A stretch of DNA of 64,000 nucleotides from Lingula anatina (lineage: Eukaryota > Animalia > Brachiopoda): the NCBI GenBank assembly GCA_051362555.1, contig CM120641.1, positions 22,072,001 to 22,136,000 on the forward strand, read 5' to 3'. The translations under genes were made by a program, and so were the position numbers. The notes under the pieces are model-generated. The model was given only the letters and a program-made list of their open reading frames with translations, had not been told where the DNA came from and ran no database searches. Of this stretch, positions 1 to 11,946 are shown piece after piece (within the stretch, counting starts at the first letter, position 1; the number at the start of each line of letters is the position of its first letter).

Positions 1-7
1 GTAAGTG

Positions 8-145
8 CCCTATATAGTGTAACTTATTAAAGTATAAATTACAAGTAACATACTGAAAGAATAAAAAAACCATAGTCCCTATATAGTGTAACTTATTAAA
101 GTATAAATTACAAGTAACATACTGAAAGAATAAAAAACCATAGTC
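8..145. repeat. Direct tandem duplication, 2 x ~69 bp
   Basis: ccctatatagtgtaacttattaaagtataaattacaagtaacatactgaaagaataaaaaa(a)ccatagt occurs twice back to back. Confidence 0.9.
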
Positions 146-497
146 GTACATAAATTATTGCACCCACAGTGCTGCAGCTTCTTTTTATGTCAAAGTGTAA
201 CCACTGTCATATCAGAAATTCATCTTTGTCAGTTATTTTCTCAGAAGTGCTGTGCTCTGTTAACTTGTATGACTTGCAAAATGCGGAGGAAAAATAAGTC
301 TTTCAACCGGTAACAATTATAATTGATGTCTTCAATTAGGTATTTTTAAAGGCACGTTTTGGCAAACGTCAGTTGATGTTCCACCTAATCGTGTCCCCAT
401 AATTACAAGTTCATGGTCCTGTAAATTGAAATAAATAACTACATAGACCATTAACTTCCGCTTTACTGTTTTTAATCCAATTCTTGGAATTGACATT

Positions 498-543
498 TAT
501 ATATAACACGCGTCCGTGGTTTTGTCATTTTCTAAAGGTAAGT
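498..543 (+). promoter_or_regulatory. Putative TATA box + Inr and a very short non-coding first exon of Cys-repeat gene 1
   Basis: TATATATAA at 498-506, TCATTT at 525-530 (~29 nt downstream), donor AAG|GTAAGT at 537/538. A matching acceptor ttttatacag ends at 1050, just before ATG 1062. Confidence 0.4.
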
Positions 544-1061
544 AACTAAAAAAAAATTAGATCAGCTGCATTAGATTAATGAATAAATAATTGATACATA
601 GATAGATAGAAAAATTAACAACTAAATGAAAGGAAGAAAGAAGAATGTATAGACAAAAACAAAGCAAAAAAATGGGATAATGGTTTATTGATGTTATTGA
701 AATGGTTCACTTTAAATAACATTGCTATCTAGTCTCTTGTGAACCTCTTTAGCGAGTCCCCCAACCCCAACCCCCCGTCCAGGTACTGGGTTATTAGAGC
801 TTCACGACAAAAAGTTTTTACTATGTGCGGAAAAGGCGAAAACAAAACCGAAACTTGAATATTCTACTAGGGCAGGAAGTGAATATTAGTCAATATAGCA
901 CATGATTCATCTGTGGTTTGAAATCACATGCTATCTAGACTTCCCTATTTAATGTCTGAGCCGCAGTGTTCCTTGTCACTCGCAATAGCTAGCTTAGATT
1001 GGAGGCATCTTTAGACGATCTCTGGCGATACTAAATAGCTTTTTATACAGCAATACCAGCC

Positions 1062-4000
1062 ATGTTGAAGATCATACTCGTGGCAGTCGCAGTGGTTGTC
1101 TGCTGTAAAGGTGAGCAAGGATGATTAAGGTTTTACCTGTAAAGGAAAAACTATATAGTTTTGAATTTTTGAAAAGATTTTTTATTCAAAATAATGAAAA
1201 AAAAAACTTCCGAGTAATTAGGTTAGCATGTTGCATAAATAATATCATTCAAACAATTTGTTAATTGGTTGGTCTTTAGAAATCATCTTACGTTGACATT
1301 GCCAGTAATTTTTTCTTTACTTAAAATACTATAAACATTACTTTTTAATATAAAATAATCCTTTTTACTTTTTTATTTTTTATTATACAAAAAAAAGGGT
1401 TTAAGACTGTTCTATATTATTATTATTATTTCTCCTGTATTGTGTATTTTTGCCAAGTCTGTTGTGTTACTAGTCGACATTAGGAATTAAGATCTGGTTT
1501 ATAGTACAGTGTATAGTAGAGGTCATTTTTCTTGTTAAGTTGTATCGTGATAATAATGCACTTTGAAGTGATTTTGGAGCTTTTCCGTGATAGCACCTAA
1601 ATAAATTTCAGTGGTGCTTATTGTTAGATTCGGGGATGTATTCGTTTAAAAATATATATTTTCAGGTGTTGAATGTGCAGGAGGCGTGTTGAAATTTACC
1701 CAAGTAGACGTCCAACAGACGAGTAGCGTCAACAATGAGTTCGTAAACTGCATGGCCAAATGCCTAGGCCATTCTGTGGCTGAGATTGAAGAGTGGGTTG
1801 CGGAATGTGGGACCGACGTAAAATGCTGGTTGGAGAAAGTGGGTATTGAGGCAATCAAATGTGTCCCACGTTGTCTCTCTGTGGGAATAGACGTGAAGCG
1901 TGTCGATGATATCGCAACAGTCAGAGGTAAGATTTGATAACTGAAAAAAAAAAAGAATATGAGGTATTTAAGTTTGGTGTGTGTGTGTGTGTGTGTGTGC
2001 GTGCGTGCGCGTTTGGTTATTATTATTATTTTGTTCGCACTGCAAAAATATATTTAGTTAGCATGTTGCAGAAAAACATGGAAAAGGATTCGCAAATGAA
2101 TGTGTTTGTTTAACTATATCATCGAAATAAACAGTTCTATGTTCTATATCTGGACATTTAATCCATTTGAGTGGGGTTTTCGTTTTCTTTTCAGAAAAAG
2201 ACAAAGTTGGCAATAACTTTGCCATTTGTCTTGCCAAGTGTTTGGGCAGGTCTGTGGCGGATATTGAACGCTGGATTGGAGAATGCGGGGAGAACGTCAA
2301 ATGCTGGGTGAAAAAAGTGGGCTTTGCTGCTCTTAAGTGCGTACCTAAGTGCGTGTCACTGGAAGGTGACGCAGTCCAGAATGTAGTCGCCAACACACCG
2401 GAAAATAAAGGTAAGTGCATAAGTCAAGCAACTTAACCTTACAGTGGTTCTTCTTCTCTGAAACTAGACTAACCGTGGGCTTACATGTCACCATATTTTG
2501 TATCAAAACCATAAATTTAAAGTTATAACGAGAACATGTTCTATATCTAGACATTTTATCAGCATGAGTTGGAGGTTTCGTTTTCTTTTAGAAAAAGACG
2601 AAGTTGGCAATAACTTTGCCATTTGTCTTGCCAAGTGTTTGGGCAGGTCTGTGGCGGATATTGAACGCTGGATTGGAGAATGCGGGGAGAACGTCAAATG
2701 CTGGGTGAAAAAAGTGGGCTTTGCTGCTCTTAAGTGCGTACCTAAGTGCGTGTCACTGGAAGGTGACGCAGTCCAGAATGTAGTCGCCAACACACCGGAA
2801 AATAAAGGTTAGTGCAACTTAAGCTAACAGTGGTTCTTCTTCTCTGAAACTAGACTAACCGTGGGCCTACACGTCACCATATTTTGTATCAAAACCATAA
2901 ATTTAAAGTTGTAAGTTATAACGAGAACATGTTCTAAATCTAGACATTTTATCCATATCAGTTGGGGGTTTCGTTTTCTTTTTTTTAAAAAGTTGAAGTT
3001 GGCAATCACTTTGCCGATTGCCTTGCCAAGTGTTTGGGCAAGTCTGTGGCTGACGTAGAACAGTGGTTGGAGGAATGTGGAACAGACGTCCAATGCTGGC
3101 TGAAAAAAGTAGGCTTTGCAGCTCTGAAGTGCGTACCTGAGTGCGTATCACTGGAAGTTTACGCTGATCTCACCACAACTGATGATAGCAGCCAACAAAA
3201 AGGTAGATATAAAGATGTTTAAGCATGCTTTATTCATGGTCTCAATATGTAAGTACTTTTGGGACTTGTATTCTGCCTTTTATATATTTTTTTCGTGTTA
3301 GTGTTAGGAAATTTTCAAATGCAAATGCTGTATATATGTATGCGCCAGAATACAAAAGCGAGGAATAAGAACTGCGTGATTTCGTTCATTTGGTGCTTAG
3401 TATTTCCATCTACTAGGTGCTTTCAAATTTCAGAAAAAGTATTGATGATGTTTCAAGAAAGAGGGTCACTGACATCTTGTATATAAAAATTTTGTTGTAT
3501 GAGACAAGGCAAATCGCCAAGGTACAAGACAAATTCCCTTTAGAAACAATTTACATTTACAGCACGTAGTTAATGTCAAATCATATGAATATACTATTCA
3601 TTTATTTATAACCGTGGCATGTGCAAAATATCCAAATACCTTGCCTCATGGACCTTCGTGTCACCGTTTTTTTTTTTCAAAACCATAAAGTTAAGATTAT
3701 AAGTTATAACGAGAACATGTTCTATATCTGGGCTTTTTATCCATATCAGTTGGGGGTTTCGTTTTCTTTTTTTAAAAAAGTTGAAGTTGGCAATCACTTT
3801 GCCGATTGCCTTGCCAAGTGTTTGGGCAAGTCTGTGGCTGACGTAGAGCGGTGGTTGGAGGAATGTGGAACAGACGTCCAATGCTGGCTGAAAAAAGTGG
3901 GCTTTGCAGCTCTGAAGTGCGTACCTGAGTGCGTATCACTGGAAAGTGACGCAGTCCAAATTGTATTTTCCGACACACCAAAGAATAAAGGTTAGTGTAA

Positions 4001-4121
4001 ATGGCAGGCAACTGGGCCTAGCAATGATTCTAGTTCTCTGTAATTAACCACTTCTACTAGTTTCTTACACGACTTAAATAAAGTCGACATGCCAAAGAAT
4101 GAAACCAAATGAATCACTCGA

Positions 4122-4162
<41 letters not shown>

Positions 4163-5204
4163 GCTTTACAACTGAACATTTTTCATATTTCTGGCCGTAT
4201 ACTTGACCTATATGTATCCGTCTCACCATTCGCAAATGATTTAGTAATGTATAACGCATAACTGCTGCTTGCGCAATAGCATTAATATTTGAATGAGGGC
4301 TGGCGAAACGACCGTGGGTAAAAAGAAGTTCAAATATCATTTTTGGGGGGAACTACGACACGATACCCTTTGGTATTTCTTTATGTTTTGCTATTTGAAA
4401 AACCAAATGATGGCAATTGGTCGAATTTTTGCAAAGATTTGACTTCATATGTAACTTAAAATGTATTGATTTTTCAATCTTTCAATCATCTGGGTCAATA
4501 TGACATAAGCACTCCAAATAATTATAAACTTTCAATTTCAGACCACGTTGACAATCACGTGGTGTCTTGTTTGGCCAGATGTCTGGGAAAGTCTGTGGTG
4601 GATATTGAGCGTTGGATTGAAGAGTGCAAGAAGAACGTCAAATGCTGGGTAAAGAAAGTGGGAATCGCAGCTCTCAAATGTGTTCCAAAGTGCACGCTCA
4701 CAGCGCCTACACGGAGCATCACATCTTGGAGATTGGAGGTATGGCCGTCCTACTATGGCCTCTGAAATAAGTGCTCATTCCCACAGCACCTTCACTCTAC
4801 GTAGATTGATCCACTGAGTGCAATCAGAGCTGAATGACGCCACCTCTTGTTTCCAACGTACTTGTATAATCACCAGCTTCTCTGTAATCAGGAGGAGCGG
4901 TTTATCAGTTAAGCTGAGTCACCGCAGAGTTGGATCGATCTACGTAGACCGATGGTGCCTGTGGAAATGAACTCTAAGTCTTAGTTGTACCAGATGTAAT
5001 CTGCGCACGTATTTTTTTATTTTGCTATATTTGATTAACATTCGTTGTTAGCCGAAACCTGAGTTTTGATTTTGTATATATTATATAACAGTGGTGATCA
5101 AAACTTAAAAGTAGTATAAAGCTTTAAGCTTTAATATTTGATTACTTTTCCCACAGGTACTGAATTATAACACTCAGGGAGAAGGTAGAAGATTTGTACA
5201 GTAG
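1062..5204 (+). CDS. Secreted six-Cys repeat polyprotein 1 (signal peptide + 6 modules, ~468 aa), uncharacterised
   Basis: Exons 1062-1110 (MLKIILVAVAVVVCCKG signal), 1666-1926, 2195-2410, 2592-2807, 2993-3202, 3781-3990, 4542-4738, 5157-5204 (stop TAG). All GT-AG with frame kept. Each internal exon carries C-x3-C-x14-C-x5-C-x11-C-x3-C. The last exon is less certain (alternative stop at 4765). Confidence 0.85.
4771..4974. mobile_element. MITE, PIF/Harbinger (Tourist)-like
   Basis: Imperfect long terminal inverted repeats (gtgctcattcccacag...tctacgtagattgatcca / tggatcgatctacgtaga...ctgtggaaatgaactc), with TAA on both sides (4768-4770, 4975-4977). Confidence 0.7.
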
Positions 5205-5740
5205 TTGGGCCCAGGTGAAAAGCACAGTTGATGAAATGAAGCGAACTGGTGCCTGTGTTATTGACACACGCATATACTAAAGTATTTTATTGAGGAAGAG
5301 ACCACAGGATACACAAGTAATTTTGTGAAAGAAGGGTGTCCAACACACTATTGAAATGAGCCAATAATAGAAATGAATGATGTGGAAAAAAATGATAGAA
5401 ACACGGAATATTTATTGATTGATTCCAGATGAATTTACTTGCGATTGACAATGACATAAGAAAATATTTCAAAATTAACGTAGTAGTCTGCCTATTATGA
5501 TTATGTTAAAACATATTGTAAAGACTCATTTGTGATAATCTATGTACTTTTTATTAATAATCTCCGTGAAGAATTGTTTGAAGAAATACAATCTCGATCT
5601 GTTTTGTCCATCATAACGTAGGCCTATGCCTTCTTATATACTGTTTAAATATAATTATGTCAAGAATATCTTAAATTGTCAATCCATTTGTATGGAGATG
5701 AAGTTACACAGTTTGAGCAAGTCTTGATAATTAACAGTAA

Positions 5741-6305
5741 AGCCCCTATTTCACACAGACCACAAATCCCACGAATGGCCATGAATTGACAAATTTCACG
5801 ATTCGTGGTTGAATCGTAATCAGTTCGTGAAGTTCTTAACAGATTCGTATCTATTCGTAGTCAGTTCTTGCACTTCTTGACCAACAAGAATTGGTGGCAA
5901 AAACTTTGATGCCCCTATTTCACACAGACCACGAATCCCAGGAATCGCCAGGAATTGAAAATTTCAGGATTCGTAATCAGTTCGTGAAGTTCTTAGCAGA
6001 TTCGTATATAATCGTGGTCAGTTATTGCAATTCTTGATCAATCGGGAATTCGTGGCAAAAATTTTGAGCTGTTCAAAGTTTTGGCCACGAACTCCCGATT
6101 CCAAAAAATCGTAGTGAATTTCTGGACAATATTCGTGCGATTCCAACCGAATCCCACGAATATTCGTAACACTATCGCACCTGTATCGTAACTGAATCGT
6201 AGAGCGTGTCGAATTAGACCAGAAAATTGGCAAAATCTCACGAATCCTGAAATTTGTCAATTCCTGGCGATTCGTGGGGTTCGTGGTCTGTGTGAAATAG
6301 GGGCC
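5741..6305. mobile_element. MITE, PIF/Harbinger-like, with internally duplicated left end
   Basis: TIR agcccctatttcacacagacc... / ...ggtctgtgtgaaataggggcc, TAA target duplication (5738-5740, 6306-6308). The left ~170 bp is repeated from ~5911. Confidence 0.85.
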
Positions 6306-7324
6306 TAAAGGATTTTATTTTAACCGTACGGCATGTAGGCTACAGTTAGAAAAAAATTCTTGGTTGCTCACCATCAGTATCGTATGAAACCTTCACTTTA
6401 TTGTCAAGACTTGCTCAAACTTTCTCACTCTGTTTTATTTCATTTCCTTGAAAAAATTTCAAAAAGTTACGAATGTCAAGTGTATTATGTATCAATAAAA
6501 TTAGTAAAATGAATTACCTTAGCTCACATGGTGATTTATAATTATTCAACTTAACGATGTTTCCAAACAACTAGGTAGAATGTGTGTGTGTGTGTGTGTG
6601 TGTGTGCACGTTCACAGTGCTAAAGATACACATATTTTTGTCTCATCTCTATGTAGAGAGTAAAAATAAACTATTGCTTTTACGAGCGATGTATTATTAT
6701 ATCTATAATAGAGGTGCCCTTTCATCGGCACCCAATGGCTTTCAACATCAAGCTAAAAATTTACCTATTTCTTGTGCTTGTTTTCTTTTACTTATTTTCT
6801 TTTTTTTATACGTTCATAATAAAGTTTGCTCTGAATGCCTGAGAACATCCATAACTTCTAGGTGTTATAGTTGTCTCTCATTTGTCAAACATCTATGCCA
6901 CCCCTCCTCTCCCTCCATAAATCGCACTCATGTGCCCTCTGTTTGATCATTCTCTAGCTGGTATCAACGGTATCTAAGCTTAGTTTCCATTCGTTATCAA
7001 ATTAACCGCAATTATTGCTCTGGATTGTCACAAGGGTGAAATGCATGCCGGGGTGGGGGTGGGGGGGGGGTTCGTGAGGACCATTAAAGCGCGAACATCT
7101 TACGTAGCAACGTATTAGTAATTACTACAATGATTGGTGCGTATTTATTAATGCAAATCATTTTTCATAGTTCCGTGAAAATTAACTATAAGATAAAAAC
7201 AATGTCTGCGCTTACAACGCCATACCCTGCCGTTAATTAATATGGCCGCACATGTCACGCAGATTCAAAGGTCAGTCTCATGACAATAGCACGTTCCCCA
7301 TTGCCTCACTCCAGATGAGAATAA

Positions 7325-7429
7325 TTGCGTAAATTCATCCCAAAATAATGCTTTGTATCAGTTGTCGCGTGACGTGACAGCGCGGCTATTGTGTATAAAG
7401 AGTTGCTAGTAAATCTATTAGCGTCAGTT
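7325..7429 (+). promoter_or_regulatory. Core promoter of Cys-repeat gene 2 (TATA + Inr; C/EBP- and CRE-like sites)
   Basis: TATAAA 7394-7399 and TCAGTT initiator 7424-7429 at canonical spacing; TTGCGTAA 7325-7332; TGACGTGA 7370-7377; ATG at 7471. Confidence 0.6.
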
Positions 7430-7470
7430 TTAGGTTCGGTCTCTCAACCATTTGAAGTGAGAAACCAGTG

Positions 7471-10400
7471 ATGACGATGCTATTAGTTCTGTGCTCGGTG
7501 GCGCTTTTTATTGGGGCTCATGGTGAGGCAGTTAATTTTCAATTGGCAAAAGTACAGTTTTTTTCTTTCACAGATTATCAAAACTTGTTATCGTTTGTGG
7601 GAGTTGGTGTTTTTTTTTTAATATCCGCAATGTTAATCAAAAGCAAGTATTTCTAATCAATAATAATTTACGGTTTGCACCTTTTATAAAAGGCATTTAC
7701 TATAATGAAACATGTTTAAAACATCTGTAATCAATCATTTTTCCTATCCTCAAACAATCTTGAGACAAAAGGAAACACCAAAAATAGCAAATAATGATAA
7801 GTTACGATTTACGCTTTCCAGGAGCTGCGTTGGGGGACATGCCAAAGATGGACCAAAGTCCAATTGAATACAACCCTTTTCTTGACATGGCCAGCGAATT
7901 TCAATCTCATGCCAATCAAGGTAAAATCCTACAGCTTAATCTGTATTAATCTAGTTAGACACACAATAAAACATTATTTTGAAAAGTTCCTTACAATTTT
8001 AACACTTTCTGCTCATTCAAAATTCATTTTCTCTAGACCAAGGCGCCTCATCGTTCGTGATATGTATGGCAAAATGCTTGGGAAAAAGTGTTACAGAGGT
8101 CGAAGGTTGGGTCAAGGAATGTGGAAAAGACGCAAAATGTTGGCTGGAAAAAGTTGGCGGAGCTGCTTTGAAATGTGTAGGAGAATGCCTTGCCACTTCT
8201 TCTTTAGATATGTCTGAAGGTGAGTTATTTATTCTGTGAGAAGCCGAGTCCATTTGGTTCCATTGTAAAGTGCCCCTTTGCAGTTAATCATTGTGCGTAT
8301 GGATTAACAACCCCACCCATTCCCTCATGGTTAGCATGTTGAAACGATTAATGGTTTGGATAAGTGTATATCTAGCAGGAAAAGTTTTTTCTTATTTTAG
8401 AACCTGTGTTCGTCGCAGATGAAGCCATCCCTCCCTTTGTGGAATGTTTGGGGAAGTGTCTGTTAAAAAGTATAGTCCCAGAAATAGCCGACTGGGTTAA
8501 GGCGTGTGGCCAGGACGCCAAATGTTGGTTGGGAAAAGTTGGTGGAGCTGTCGTAAAATGCATCGGAAGCTGTATCCCTTATGCCGAGCAAACCGAAGGT
8601 GTGAAACAGTTATCTGTCTTTATTTTTCTCTATCTTTCCTGTTCTTTCTTTCTAGGCCATTGGATATATCAAATGGATATTTGTTGTAGTTTAGCTATCA
8701 ATTTACAATTTGGAACATGAATGATATCAACAATGACATTGATATTTCAGAAAAATTGTAACAAACATAATTGTCCTTTTGGAAATTACATGCTAACGGC
8801 ATGCTTCAGTTCTATACATCTTTTATTTTAGCTGAAGTCTTTTCGAAATTGGCAACCGTTGAAGAGCAAGCCATCCCTCCCTTTGTGAAATGTTTGGGAA
8901 AGTGTTTGCTACAAAGTATCGTTCCTGAGATAGGCGACTGGGTCAAGGCTTGTGGGCAGGATGCCAAATGTTGGTTGGGAAAAGTTGGCGGAGCTGTCGT
9001 AAAATGTATTGGAAGCTGTATCCCTTATGCCGAGCAAACCGAAGGTTTGAAACAGTCGTCTGTTTTTTTTTTTTTTTTTTTTTTTTTTTTCATTTAATAA
9101 AATAGGTATATGTTGGAATGTAGCTATCAGTGTACAAGTTTAAACATTGTGATATTTACAGTGGCATCAATATTTAAAGTTCTTGGCTTATTACTTTTAG
9201 AATTTGTGTCCGTCGAAGACCAAGCCATCCCTCCCTTTGTGGAATGTATGGGGAAGTGCTTGTTGAAAAGTATAGTTCCAGAGATAGGCGACTGGGTTAA
9301 GGCATGTGGTCATGACGCTAAGTGTTGGCTGGGAAAAGTTGGCGGAGCTGTTGTAAAATGTATTGGAAGCTGTATCCCTTACGCCGAGCAAACAGAAGGT
9401 TTGTAATAGTCGTCTTTCTTTTTTTTTTTTCTCTTTTTCTTTTCCTTTTTTTTTTCGCCAATTAATAAAAATGGATATATGTTTAAGTTTAACTATCAAT
9501 TTACAATTTGATTTTAAAATGATATTTATATTTCAGTAAAGTTTTTGACAAACATAATAGTCCATTTGAAAATTACGTGCTAACCCAAACTACAATTTCA
9601 TACATCTTTTCTTGTGGTTTAAGCCTTCTCGAAATTGGCAACCGTCGACGAGCAAGACATACCTCCAATTGTGAAATGTTTGGGAAAGTGTTTGCTACAA
9701 AGTATCGTTCCCGAGATAGGCGACTGGGTCAAGGCTTGTGGGCAGGATGCCAAATGTTGGTTGGGAAAAGTTGGCGGAGCTGTCGTAAAATGTATCGGAA
9801 GCTGCATCCCTTATGCCAAGCAGACTGAAGGTTTGCAGATATTTAGAATGTATCAATTGAAAAAATTACCCTTTCTACCTATCTATTAGATCTAAAGACG
9901 TACACGACATTTACATATGCATATATGGGTTATTTTCATGTGAAGATGAAAGCATTCTCCATAGCATATGATCAAACGGTTGAGATATCAATGCTGTAAA
10001 TTGTGCGCGAGAAATGGCTTATTCCTTTGCATATCGTCAAGATTTGTCCAAACATCATGAGAAGTATTTAAGACGTATACGTATTGATTTCCGTACATTT
10101 TGATACTATGTTGTAATAATGTTGTAGAAGACGTGACTCTGGAAGAACAAGACATTCCTCCAATTGTGAAATGTTTGGGAAAGTGTTTGCTACAAAGTAT
10201 CGTTCCCGAGATAGGCGACTGGGTGAAGGCGTGCGGACAGGACGCCAAATGTTGGTTGGGAAAAGTTGGCGGAGCTGTTGTAAAATGTATCGGAAGCTGT
10301 ATTCCATATGCCGAACAAACCGAAGGTATGACGCTACCGTTTTTCAATTTTAATTCATGGAAATAAAGTTGTGTATGCTGATTGAAAATTGAATGAAATG

Positions 10401-11946
10401 ATTTGATGTTTTGGATTTAATAAAAGTTGAACAGATATATTGATCCTTTTGAACATAATATGCATACTCCAAGTTTAATCTCTTTCACCTATGCATTTAT
10501 TTTAGCTGAAGCCTTTTCGAAATTGGCAACCGTCGACGAACAAGACATTCCTCCAATTGTGAAATGTTTGGGCAAGTGTTTGCTACAAAGCATCGTTCCC
10601 GAGATAGGCGACTGGGTTAAGGCATGTGGACATGACGCCAAATGTTGGTTGGGAAAAGTTGGCGGAGCTGTCGTAAAATGTATCGGAAGCTGCATCCCTT
10701 ATGCCAAGCAGACTGAAGGTTTGCAGATATTTAGAATGTATCAATTGAAAAAAATACCCTTTCTACCTATCTATTAGATCTAAAGACGTACACGACATTT
10801 ACATATATGGGTTATTTTCATGTGAAGATGAAAGCATTCTCCAGAGCATATGCTCAAACGGTTGAGATATCAAAGCTGCAAATTGTGCGAGAGAAATGGC
10901 TTATTCATTTGGAAATTGTCAAGGTTCGCCAAACATCATGAGAAGTATTTAAGACGTATACTTAACATATTTATTCTATTTACGTATTGATTTCCGTACA
11001 TTTTGATACTATGAGTTAATAATGTTGTAGAAGACGTGTCTCTGGAAGAACAAGACATTCCTCCAATTGTGAAATGTTTGGGAAAGTGTTTGCTACAAAG
11101 TATCGTTCCCGAGATAGGCGACTGGGTGAAGGCGTGCGGACAGGACGCCAAATGTTGGTTGGGAAAAGTTGGCGGAGCTGTTGTAAAATGTATCGGAAGC
11201 TGTATTCCATATGCCGAACAAACCGAAGGTATGACGCTACCGTTTTTCATGGAAATAAAGTTGTGTATGCTGATGGAAAATTGAATGGAGTGATCTATTT
11301 GATGTTTTGGATTTAATAAAATTTGAACAGATATATTATTCTTTTTGAGCATAATATGCATACTCCAAGTTAACTCTCTTACACCTATGCGTTTATTTTA
11401 GCTGAAGTCTTTTCGCAATTGGCAACCGTTGACGAACAGGCCATCCCTCCTTTTGTGGAATGTTTGGGAAAGTGTTTGTTAAAAAGTATAGTCCCAGAGA
11501 TAGCCGACTGGGTTCAGGCGTGTGGGCATGACGCCAAATGTTGGTTGGGAAAAGTTGGCGGAGCTATTGTAAAATGTATCGGAAGCTGTATCCCTTATGC
11601 CGAGCAAACAGGAGGTATGCATTATCATATTCAAATAAACGACGAGTATGACCAGTGATGGATTTTGATCTTGCGATGTTAATGTATTCTAATAAACGGA
11701 GATTTGTTTTACTACGTGTTTGTATTTAAATTTTGTGGACGAATTAATATCATAGAAATACACACTGTGCTTTCATGCCACAACCATGAAAGTGATTTTC
11801 TGAAATTTATTCACTTATATCGCATTTTATTTTCCTTTTTAGATAACAACAGGTTGCCTTCTTATTCTGTTATGATGCGCTACCCTCTCTCACAAAGGCT
11901 GTTGAAGTCTGCTTATGCTGAGAGTAAACTGCGCCAGAACCTTTGA
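7471..11946 (+). CDS. Secreted six-Cys repeat polyprotein 2 (signal + propeptide + 9 modules + tail, ~691 aa), uncharacterised
   Basis: Exons 7471-7522 (MTMLLVLCSVALFIGAHG), 7822-7920, 8037-8219, 8401-8598, 8832-9044, 9201-9398, 9624-9830, 10128-10325, 10506-10718, 11031-11228, 11402-11614, 11843-11946. All introns phase 1, GT-AG. AATAAA at 12115-12120. Confidence 0.88.

Noticed and set aside
4605-4635. IEECKK resembles the IEECKTS motif of Aplysia attractin
   Set aside because: It occurs in only one module and the cysteine spacing differs from attractin; most likely coincidence.
1646-11361. Repeated minus-strand and alternative-frame ORFs (e.g. HFTTAPPTFPNQHLAS, MFGKVFATKYRSRDRR)
   Set aside because: They are shadows of the + strand Cys-module exons, with no splice structure of their own.
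1686-11658. Repeat/spacer periodicity resembling a CRISPR array
   Set aside because: The repeats are ~200-nt coding exons bounded by AG/GT and the spacers are introns; the DNA is eukaryotic and no cas genes are seen.
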